Positions 48,638-59,068 of a stretch of DNA of 64,000 nucleotides are shown piece by piece; the first letter of the stretch is position 1; each line of letters starts with the position of its first letter. The notes under the pieces are model-generated. The model did not search any database, had not been told where the DNA came from, and saw nothing but the letters and a program-made list of their open reading frames with translations. Position numbers and translations under genes: made by a program. Origin of the DNA: Selaginella moellendorffii (Eukaryota; Plantae; Lycopodiophyta); contig NW_003314293.1 of assembly GCF_000143415.4 (NCBI RefSeq), positions 767,497-831,496 of the forward strand, read 5' to 3'.

Positions 48638-49325
48638 GGCCTTGGGCCACCAAGAGGCCCAAGGTAGAGCTTGGGTCGGCCACCTAGCCACCTAGGGGGC
48701 CGAGGTTATTCAAATAACCAAAGGGCCAAGGTTATTTGAATAACTTCAGCCCTTCGAGCCACTAAAGTGCCCAAGGTTGAGTTCAAGCTAGCCACCTCAG
48801 GCACTTTGGCCACTTGGGGGGCTAAGGTTATTCAAATAACCAATAGAGAAAAAGTTATTTAAATAATTTTGGCCCCTCGGGCTACCAAAGTGCCCAAGGT
48901 TAAACTTGGGCTGGCCACCTCAAGCACTTTGGCTACTAGGGGGGCCTGAAGTTATTCAAATAACCAAGAGGCTGGGGCTATTTGAATAACCTTAGCCCCT
49001 TGGGCTACCAAAGTGCCTAAGGTGGAACTTAAGCCGACCATCTCAAGTACTTTGGCTACCTAGGGGGCCAAGGTTATTCAAATAACCTTGGCCCCTTAGG
49101 CCATCAAATTGCCCAAAGTCAAGTTTGGGCCAACCACCTCAAGCACTTTGGCCACTATGGGGGCCAAGGTTATTCAAATAACCTTGGCCTCTCGGGCCAC
49201 CAAAGTGCTTGAGGTCGAGCTCAAGCCAGCCACCTCAGGCACTTTGGCCACCCAGAGGGCTAAGGTTATCCAAATAACCTTGGTCCCTTGGGCCACCAAA
49301 GTGCCTAAGGTCAAGTTTAGGCCCT
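48638..49325. repeat. Tandem array of ~90-bp palindromic units
   Basis: The near-palindromic core GGCCAAGGTTATTCAAATAACCTTGGCC is flanked by GCACTTTGG...CCAAAGTGC arms and repeated about 6-8 times. Confidence 0.85.
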
Positions 49326-50334
49326 TATTATCTTTATTTAGTTTGACCAATAAAGTTTTATTCTTGTAGAAAAGAAAATTAGTACTACCTAAAAATGTTG
49401 TTTGAAGAATATAAGACGACATGAAATTTTACAAACAATTTCCAGGAATAGATAATTAAACATTTTGTTGAAAGCTAAGCTTTAACTCAAGTGTGTCCCC
49501 TGTGATAAAGATACTACAATTGACATATTTATTAGCACATCAACAAAGATGCAATTGCTTAGAGATCCATCGCCCCCTCTACCCTTCCCCTTCCCGCCTC
49601 CCACCCCCCCTCCCCCTCTTAATAAATATAATTTAAACAAATTAAACAAATATTAAAGAATACAGACTTTGTTTCAAATCAAGATCAGTTTGTGAGATAA
49701 AATCCCTAGGCCCCAAGGTGGAGTTGAAAGGGTGCCACGTGGTAGTGGCCGAAGCGAAAGCCAAATGAGCATAACATGTTTGGACTAAAAGCTCCGACTT
49801 GAAAAGTCAAGAGCGGGAGTGGAACTCACAATGAAGTGCTTGAGGAACAAGTATAAAGCAAGCAATAAGTGAGTCTCTAGAAAAGGGACACAAGAGGACC
49901 AACATATGACACATGGAAGTGTTCGAGATGGAGTCCGAGATGAACCCGAGATGGAGTCCGGGATGGACCTAAGATGGAGTCCGAGATGGACCCGAGATGG
50001 AGTCCGAGATGGACCCGAGATGGAGTCCTAGATGGACCCGAGATGGAGTCCAAGATGGAGTTCGAGATGGATTTGAGATGGAGTCCCAGATGGACCCGAG
50101 ATGAAGTCCAAGATGGACCTGAGATGGAGTCTGAGATGGACCCGAGATAGAGCCCAAGATGGACTCGAGATGGAGCTCGAGATGGAACCGAGACTGAGAC
50201 CGAGACTGAGACTGAGACTGAGACCGAGACTGAGTCCGAGTCCGAGACTGAGACTGAGACCAAGACCGAGTCTGAGTCTAAATCCGAGTTTGAATACTAA
50301 TACAGGCAGTTGGGTGAAAGCCCAAAGGGAAGGG

Positions 50335-50365
<31 letters not shown>

Positions 50366-50666
50366 CGGGGGTGCCTTGGGTTTCCAAAAGCGTCTCGGGC
50401 ATTGGGCTGGGTTGTGCACCCCTTGGAATGTCTTCGCTGTCAAAGGCCGTATTGGAGCCAAGAAAAGCTGCCCTTGGATTTGGAGTTCCAGGATACCCCG
50501 GCATTGCTGCCTGGCATATGGGATGGGAGGAACTAGCGGACTACGATGGACTCGTCGATCCTACGGCCGCTGTTGAGCCCCTGACAACGTCCGCTATAGC
50601 TGCTCCTCCTTTGCGGCCTGTCTGTCTCGCCGGCTCGAGAAACGCTCGGGTTTACCTCTGGAAGGC

Positions 50667-50766
50667 NNNNNNNNNNNNNNNNNNNNNNNNNNNNNNNNNN
50701 NNNNNNNNNNNNNNNNNNNNNNNNNNNNNNNNNNNNNNNNNNNNNNNNNNNNNNNNNNNNNNNNNN
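50667..50766. other. Assembly gap (100 N, true size unknown)
   Basis: Run of N. Confidence 1.
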
Positions 50767-51531
50767 TCCGGGTATCGTTTCCTTAGGGGGGAGGGGGTGC
50801 AGGGGATTCCAAAAGTATAGTAGGGAAAGTGTGGGGATTGGAGCCCAGAGGAGTTTGTTTGGCCAGGAAAGGCTAGTTTGGCCCAAGAAGGTTGTACCTA
50901 AGTGTTGGGTGATGAGCTGACCACTAGGAAGTCTAAGAATAGAGTGAATACGGACAGACAAGTGGGGTAGCTTGGTGAAGTGTTCAAAAGCTGGCTCTAG
51001 TTCCCCCAAGAGATCGAATGGTCGATGCTCTCAGTCCAAGCGTGGGTGGCACTACCTACTTAGATACCTGGCGTGGCTCAACGGAACCTCGCTCTAAACC
51101 CGTGGCTAGAGCACCCAAAGGCGAAAGGCAGGGAGAGTACCCACAAGGCTCACGTAGGGCCATAGTGTTCCAAATAGTTTTCCCAAAGTCCCAGACTGTA
51201 GAAAGGAAGAGGAGTAGTCCTTTGGTGTAGTGACCAAGGATACGGTCATGTGGTGAGGAAGCCCCAGAAGACCATGAGACTTAGTGGTCAGGCCTATGGG
51301 CCTTGATCCAGTGGCAGTGTTAGCGAACACGGCCATGGACAAAAAGGGACTGGTTGGGGATTGGAAAAGGGATATTGGGGAAGGCTATTCCCCATGTCTA
51401 CGAGCATCCTAAGGATGCAAAGGAGTGGATCTAGGATGATCACTCATTGATGGATGGCCTAGTCTTTGAGAGACGGGACTGTGATGCAGGTGGTGTTAGA
51501 CCACCGGTGTGACCAAGATGAAGGGGGTATG

Positions 51532-52681
51532 TGTAAGCCACAAATTTTTCCTTTCCAATTTGCCAGCTTACCTCATCTATCCGTCCAACACTGCCTTGGC
51601 TTTTGCTAAGTCCCTTTGCCAAGGTTCTCGCCTATGGTACCAACTCCTACTTGGTTTCAGCTACTCACTGCACGAGCAACGGAGTGTTAGCCATCCTTCC
51701 ACGGATTCCCAAATCACTCCCAATCCCCCTCCCCGGGTTGGACTGGACTTAAGGTTCGGCTACACTCCCCGCAAGCACAAGCAGCCAAGCACACCAAGCT
51801 TCCAGGTTCCTAACATCCCTTGGTACCACAAGACTTGATCATGGGACCCTCTAAATCCCAAGTCTTGAGTGCAACACTTGCTTCGGGACGCCGGGGCGAA
51901 ACACCGTGGCCTAACGGCCCGGTATGGGTACCTCTCGCCCCCCACTTCCGTCCCGAAGGAAGGCCCAAGCCCCTAGGAAGGGCGAGGACCAATGAGCCGC
52001 ATGGTACTCAAGTGGGGCACCACTCCACATGAGCCGGGAGCACCGCAATCGGTTTCCCTTTCGGGAGTGGGAGCTGCTCTTGAGCACTTCCTTGGATGGC
52101 CCCTCCGGCACCAACCAAGTCCATGCTCACTCCCACCCAAGGCCCCTCGGTCCCAGTCCCAACCTCAAGTCAGTTTGGGAGCCCCACTGGAGAGTCCCTT
52201 CTAAACTGGTTCCTGGACCTCACTATCCCTACTATACTTTTGGAACCCCCTGCAGCCCCCCCCCCCCCTGGGGGACGCACGCTTTGGGCTTTCACCCCTT
52301 GACCCGTATTAGTATTTGGACTTAGTCTCTGGCTCGATCTCGGATCCGATTTCGGATCCGACTTCGGATTCGGTCTCGGACTCGATCGCGGACTCGATCT
52401 CGGACCCGATCTCGGGCCCGACCTCGGACTCGACTTCGGACTCGGTCTCGGACCCGATTTCGGATCTCGGACTCCGTCTCGAACTCGGTCTCGAACTCGG
52501 ACTCGAACTCGGTCCCCGAGTCGGTCTTGGACTCGATTCCGGACTCTATCTCGAACTCGGTCCTAGAGTCGGTCTTGGACTCGATCTTTGACTTGGTCCC
52601 ATCCGATGAACTCCTTGTCATTTTGGTCATGCTTTCGGGGTTCCCTTAGCCTACGACACCTCGGCGAGTTGGTTCCTTACA
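51532..52681 (-). repeat. 3' LTR of the young chromovirus (1150 bp)
   Basis: Matches 57920-59068; by eye only one substitution and a 1-nt difference in a C-run. Confidence 0.95.
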
Positions 52682-53087
52682 ACTCCACCACCCATAGAAG
52701 AAGTTCGATGCCCACATCGAACGTCTCTTTTTTATCCTACGACTTGTTGACCATGTCTCCGGGGGCATCCCCCCACTTAGCGGTGTGCCTAAGTTAGCCT
52801 CCCCGGCCAAGAGCTCATGACAACGGAATATAGGTGTCCCTATACTCCACCCCTCACCACGCCCTAGTATGGGGTCGGGACTTGAACCCAGCCTTGCTTT
52901 ACTAGGGGGTTGGGACTCAAACCCAACCTCCGTAGAATACGTCTACGGATTCGACATCCCCGCAGGGAGTCGGGCGTAGCTCCCTACGCCTGGTCGACCT
53001 AGCTAACCCATGCTAATTAGCTCACCTTCGGCGCGCCTTCGGGTCCCAACATATGCCACTTGCTCAACTTTGCAAATTGATATATTT

Positions 53088-56000
53088 TTAATTGAACTTT
53101 GCATAAGTACATAGAGTTCTGCCTTGCAGAAATTCCTCCACTAGATCTCGCGCGTTCGCTAGGTTCTCCTCCGGTTCCCATGTTGCTTCGCAGTGTGGAA
53201 ATCCTTTCCACTTCACATGGAACTCTCTCACCTCGCGTCCTTGTCGCTTGCTCTTGCGCGCATTGAGGATGGCCTCGACTTCGTATTCCTCTTCCCCTTG
53301 GATAACCTCAGGTAAAGGTCTTACTTGGTCCTTGCGAAGCGGATCCTCAAAGTACGGCTTGAGTAAGTTCACATGGAACACTGGGTGCATCTTCCCCATC
53401 TCTCGAGGAAGTCGGAGTCGGTAAGCCACTTTACCGATTCGTGCCTCAATCTCGTAAGGCCCCGCGAACCTGCTTAAGGAACTCAAGATCAATTCATTTA
53501 CAGGAATACATGCATTTTTACCTTTGGGTCAACTTTCGGCTGATCCCACTTGGTAGCCTAAGGTTCTTGGTGTTCAGCCACACCTTCTCCCCAGCTTGGA
53601 ACTCTACGTCCCGGCGCTTTAAGTTCGCGTACTTGGTTTGCCTTTGTTGAGCCCGTTCCAAGGAATCCCTCACTAGATTCCAAATGTTGAGTCTTTCCGC
53701 CGTGAATGCCTCCACTGCGGGTAACTCTCCATGATACTCGGCCACGCCGAGTTCCACAGGACCTTCAATAGCTCGCCCATTGATGACTTCCCATGGACTC
53801 ACCCCGATACTCGAATGTGGTGAGTTGTTATAACACATTTCCGCAAGTCCCAAATGACTTACCCAATCGGTCTGGTCTCCCGAGACATAGCATCGCAAAT
53901 AATCCTCCAGCTGCCTATTCACCCTTTCCGTTTGTCTGTCTGTCAAGAAGTGTTAGGACCACCAAACTTGACTTAATACCCCATACCTGTCTGTGGGTGA
54001 TAGGCTGTGCTGAATTTCAACTTGGTGCGATACTGTTCCAGGAGGGTCCTCCAGAACCTACTAGTGAAGATCTTATCTCGATCTGAGATAATCTCCTCTG
54101 GCCTTCCCCGCACTCGAACCACTTGTTCGAAGAACAGTTTCGCCACACCTTCCGCATCCACCTCCGTTGTGGTGGGTATGAAATGTGCCATCTTCGAAAA
54201 TCGGTCCACCACCACGAATATCGCATCGAACCCCTCGCTTGGGGGTAGTCCCGTGATGAAGTCCATCGTGAGACATTTCCACGGACGATCTGGAATTGGG
54301 ATGCTTTGCAACAAGCCCCCACTAGCCTTAGTCACGGCTTTGACCTGCTGACATGTTGGACATGTCTTTACATAGTCTTGGACGTCCTTAGCCATATCTG
54401 GCCAATGGTACTTCCTCTTGAGTAAGCCCATCGTCTTGGGCACTCCGCCGTGTCCTGCAAGAGGTCCGTCATGACACTCTTCTAAGGCTACCTTCCTTAG
54501 TCCACCTTCTGGAACATACACCCTCGTTTGCTTGTAATAAATGAGTCCATTGCGTTCCGCATAGCCCGTTTTCTCTTCCGTTGGCGGCTCACCTCTCTGG
54601 TGAGCTTCCCGTGCCTCCAGATTCCTCAACAACACTTCTTGTGCTAGACCATCGTTCTCATATGCTGTCCGCACATCGTCCCAGAATGTTGCTGTTGCGC
54701 TGGAGATCGCCAACCTCAAGCTCGCTTTTCGACTTAGCGCATCTGCCACGATGTTGCTCTTCCCAGGCTTGTACAGAATCTCGCAATCAAACTCGGCCAA
54801 GGCATTGGCCCACCGACCTTGTTTCCCTCTCAGGTCGGGTTGTGACAAGAAGTGTTTCGTTGCCACATTGTCCGTGTAAACCTTGAAGTGTCTCCCAAGG
54901 TAGTGTCGCCACTCCTTGAGCGCCTTGACCACCGCAAACAATTCCTTCTCGTGGGCAGGCCACTTCCGTTGAGCCTTGTCCAGCTTCTTCGAGAAGAACG
55001 CTACTGGATGGTTGTCTTGCTTCAAAACTGCGCCTAACGCAAAGTCCGAAGCATCCGTGTCTACCTCAAAGTCCTTACCAAAGTCCGGTAATGCCAACAC
55101 CGGAGCCTTCCTCAACTTCCCTTTGAGGTGGACGAATGCCGCCTCGCATTCCGCTGTCCATACCATCTTCCCTTTTCCCGTTTGATCCATTAAGGGCAGG
55201 GCTACTCTCGAATAGTGTCTGATAAACTTTCGATAGTAGTTGCATAGCCCCAAGAACGCCCTCAACTCATGTACATTCGATGGTCGCTCCCATTCCTGGA
55301 TCGCTTGGACCTTCTCCGGATCCACCTTGAGCCCGTCCTGGCCCACCACATGCCCGAGAAACTTTACCTCTTGCTGAGCAAAGTCACATTTGCTCTCTTT
55401 AGCATACAGTTTATGTTTCCTTAGTTTCTCAAACACCTTCGCCAAGTGTTCGGCATGTTCCTCTAGCGTCTCGCTATAGATCAGGATGTCGTCAATATAG
55501 ACGACCACAAAGTGATCCAGATAGGGTACAAAGATGTGGTTCATCAACGCCGAAAACGTTGCCGGCGCATTGCACAGCCCAAAGGGCATCACCAAAAACT
55601 CAAAGCTCCCATACCTCGTTCGACAGGTTGTCTTCTCGACATCTTCCTCGGCTACCCTGATCTGGTAGTATCCTGACCTTAGGTCAATCCTCGAGAAGTA
55701 TTTTGCCTTTCCCAACCTATCGAACAGGTCCTCAATCCTTGGCAACGGGTACTTGTTCTTCTTGGTATACTTGTTGAGCAACCGGTAATCTATGCACATG
55801 CGCATAGATCCATCTTTCTTTTTCACAAATAATACCGGCGCCCCATACGGCGACTTGCTCAACCTAACATACCCTTTGCCCACCAACTCCTCTAGTTGGC
55901 ACTTGAGCTCCTTGAGTTCTTTTTCGTTCAAACGATAGGGGGGACGAACCACCGCCTCAGCGCCCTCGACAAGCTCAATCTTATGTTCTATCGGTCGTGC

Positions 56001-57860
56001 GGGGGGCAACCCCACCGGTAGCTCCTCCGGCATGGTATCCTGGAATTGGTCCAACACTCGCTGGATTACTAAAGGCACTTCTTCCGTTCTTGTCTTTTTG
56101 TCACTCTTCACCGAGAGTAAGCACAAAAAGGCTGCCTTAGTTCCTTTAGTGAGTTGTCCTCTCGTGGACACCAGGTTCAAGCATGACTCTTTGGCCTTGC
56201 TTTGCCCTACCTTTAGATCCTGGGCCTCCACCCTAGATCTTCTTCCTTGGGCATTCGCCAATACCACAAGGTTCCTACCTTGTCCATGCAGGGCTACCAC
56301 GAACCGATTAAACCAATCCATTCCGAAGATCACGTCAAATCCCGCCATATCCAAGACGGTGAAATCCATGTCCACTTTCCATGTCCCCACTTCGACTCTC
56401 GCTTGTCGAAGTACCTCATCGGTGCTTTGGCTACCCTGAACAAACTCTATAGTCCTTGGTTCGCCTAGCCGCTGCACCGTTAGTCCGGCTTGCCGGACTA
56501 TGTCTGCAGCCACAAAATTATCCGAAGCACCCGTGTCAATAAGGATCTTAACAAAGCTACCTCCGAGCTTCCCTCGGAGGGCTAGTAGATGTCGCGAACG
56601 ACTCTCTACCAAAGTTGCTCGTGTAATGAGTAACTTTGAGTTAGGGACTGGATCACATACCTCAATTTGGACTTCACCCGACTTGATGGCCATATTGGCT
56701 CTGGCCTTCTTCGGGTAGGGACATTCCCTCGAGAAGTGTCCCGCTTCGCCGCAGTTGTAGCATACGTTGTTTCCCACGCTGCTATACGACTTGACCTTCT
56801 TATCCGTGGGTTTGTCCTTTTTCGCTTGACTCCCCCACGTACTCGCTCGCTGGCCACCGGATTTGCCTTTCCGGAACCCCGAGGACTCATTCTTAGAGAA
56901 ACTCCTTTTGAATTTCCCCTTGCTATACGTTCCCCTTGGTTTGGCCCCTTTGCTAAATGTGGATCCCGACCCCGTCGTGTTCCCCTTTCGCAGGTTATCG
57001 TTGAAATGCACCTTGATGGCCGCATCCAACGCTTCCTTGTAGTTGGTCGGGTTCCACCTCATCACCTCGCCGCGAGCCCAGGTTTGCAAACCTGATATGA
57101 AGGCATGGAACGCATCCATATCCCCCATGTCCGTGACAAGTATCCTCTTTGCCATGAACCCATTCACATATTCCTGGATGGTTCCTGTCTGTTTCAGCCT
57201 ACTCAGTTCATCCCTCAGATGCAGAGTGGCATTCGGAGGAACATATGTTGCGCGGATCCTCACCTTCATCATGTCCCAAGTGACCACCGGTCCTTCGTTG
57301 GCCTCCGTTGTTCTCCACCAAGACTTGGCATTATCTGCCAAGTATGGTTTTGCACATGGGACCTTCTCCGAGCTTGGTAACCGCAACGCTCGGAAGTAGT
57401 CCTCCATATCGTAAAACCAATCCTCCACAACCTTATAGTCGTTCACTCCCTTGAACACCGGTGGGGGCTTTGGTTTGTACTTGGGAACTGCCTGAGGGAC
57501 TGATTCCACTTCGGTCTGTTCGACCTTGTCTGGTTTTGCCTCAGTCCCTGCCGAAGGGTCCGCACCTTCTGCGCTGCCAGCATCCGCAGTCTTTCGCTTT
57601 TTCTTCCGCTTCTCGTCACGCTTTAACTTGCGTACGAGAGTCTCTAGCAGGGCATTGGTCTGTGCCAACTGTCCTTCTAGCACGTCCAATCGAGCCTTGG
57701 ACGACCGAACCTCGCCACCGGACTCCTGTTTGGAAGTTTCCTCACTGGAGTCCTCCTCATGCAAGGATTCCTCATCCATAGCCTCTTGTTCAACCGGAGG
57801 CTCCAGCTCCGGCGGAGGTTCCGTCTCCGCCTGGGTTCGCTTACGCCCTGCCCTTGCCAT
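53088..57860 (-). CDS. Gag-Pol polyprotein (Gag-ZnK-PR-RT-RH-IN-chromodomain); predicted exons 57860-53987, 53939-53522, 53469-53088 (1557 aa if spliced)
   Basis: [14 protein letters not shown] knuckle, LIDTGAS protease, YIDD RT, DASD RNase H, H-H-CPTC, D,D(35)E, GPY and a chromodomain (EYEVEAIL...VKWKGF...TWEPEENL). Two GT-AG interruptions. Confidence 0.93.
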
Positions 57861-57903
57861 CTCCCAGCAATCCGCCTCTATCCTTCGCTAGAACTGAGAT
57901 AAA

Positions 57904-57916
57904 GGCTCCGATACCA
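57904..57916 (-). promoter_or_regulatory. Primer-binding site (tRNA-iMet)
   Basis: TGGTATCGGAGCC versus the canonical TGGTATCAGAGCC (one G:U pair). Confidence 0.9.
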
Positions 57917-57919
57917 AAT

Positions 57920-59068
57920 TGTAAGCCACAAATTTTTCCTTTCCAATTTGCCAGCTTACCTCGTCTATCCGTCCAACACTGCCTTGGCTTTTGCTAAGTC
58001 CCTTTGCCAAGGTTCTCGCCTATGGTACCAACTCCTACTTGGTTTCAGCTACTCACTGCACGAGCAACGGAGTGTTAGCCATCCTTCCACGGATTCCCAA
58101 ATCACTCCCAATCCCCCTCCCCGGGTTGGACTGGACTTAAGGTTCGGCTACACTCCCCGCAAGCACAAGCAGCCAAGCACACCAAGCTTCCAGGTTCCTA
58201 ACATCCCTTGGTACCACAAGACTTGATCATGGGACCCTCTAAATCCCAAGTCTTGAGTGCAACACTTGCTTCGGGACGCCGGGGCGAAACACCGTGGCCT
58301 AACGGCCCGGTATGGGTACCTCTCGCCCCCCACTTCCGTCCCGAAGGAAGGCCCAAGCCCCTAGGAAGGGCGAGGACCAATGAGCCGCATGGTACTCAAG
58401 TGGGGCACCACTCCACATGAGCCGGGAGCACCGCAATCGGTTTCCCTTTCGGGAGTGGGAGCTGCTCTTGAGCACTTCCTTGGATGGCCCCTCCGGCACC
58501 AACCAAGTCCATGCTCACTCCCACCCAAGGCCCCTCGGTCCCAGTCCCAACCTCAAGTCAGTTTGGGAGCCCCACTGGAGAGTCCCTTCTAAACTGGTTC
58601 CTGGACCTCACTATCCCTACTATACTTTTGGAACCCCCTGCAGCCCCCCCCCCCCTGGGGGACGCACGCTTTGGGCTTTCACCCCTTGACCCGTATTAGT
58701 ATTTGGACTTAGTCTCTGGCTCGATCTCGGATCCGATTTCGGATCCGACTTCGGATTCGGTCTCGGACTCGATCGCGGACTCGATCTCGGACCCGATCTC
58801 GGGCCCGACCTCGGACTCGACTTCGGACTCGGTCTCGGACCCGATTTCGGATCTCGGACTCCGTCTCGAACTCGGTCTCGAACTCGGACTCGAACTCGGT
58901 CCCCGAGTCGGTCTTGGACTCGATTCCGGACTCTATCTCGAACTCGGTCCTAGAGTCGGTCTTGGACTCGATCTTTGACTTGGTCCCATCCGATGAACTC
59001 CTTGTCATTTTGGTCATGCTTTCGGGGTTCCCTTAGCCTACGACACCTCGGCGAGTTGGTTCCTTACA
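57920..59068 (-). repeat. 5' LTR of the young chromovirus (1149 bp)
   Basis: Matches 51532-52681 and is followed on the minus strand by ATT and the PBS. Confidence 0.95.

Larger units (their letters stand above)
51532..59068 (-). mobile_element. Complete, very young Ty3/gypsy chromovirus LTR retrotransposon (7537 bp)
   Basis: TG...CA LTRs at 51532-52681 and 57920-59068; TSD GTATG at 51527-51531 and 59069-59073; tRNA-iMet PBS; purine-rich tract next to the 3' LTR; gag-pol with chromodomain. Confidence 0.97.

Noticed and set aside
48638-49325. CRISPR-like appearance of spaced palindromic repeats
   Set aside because: The intervening sequences are themselves repeated, there are no cas genes, and the context is eukaryotic.
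49877-50820. SD-, RL- and LG-repeat ORFs here and at 52.3, 58.7 and 63.0 kb
   Set aside because: Translations of LTR tandem repeats, not genes.
50900-50940. Possible hammerhead ribozyme (retrozyme) in the LTR: GTGATGAG...GGAAGTC, also at ~63592
   Set aside because: Lacks the CUGAUGA core and a properly placed GAAA with supporting stems.
53470-53986. Integrase breaks as ordinary frameshift or nonsense decay, or sequencing error
   Set aside because: Both breaks are discrete 47- and 52-nt GT-AG inserts whose exact removal restores conserved motifs, in an element with almost no other decay.
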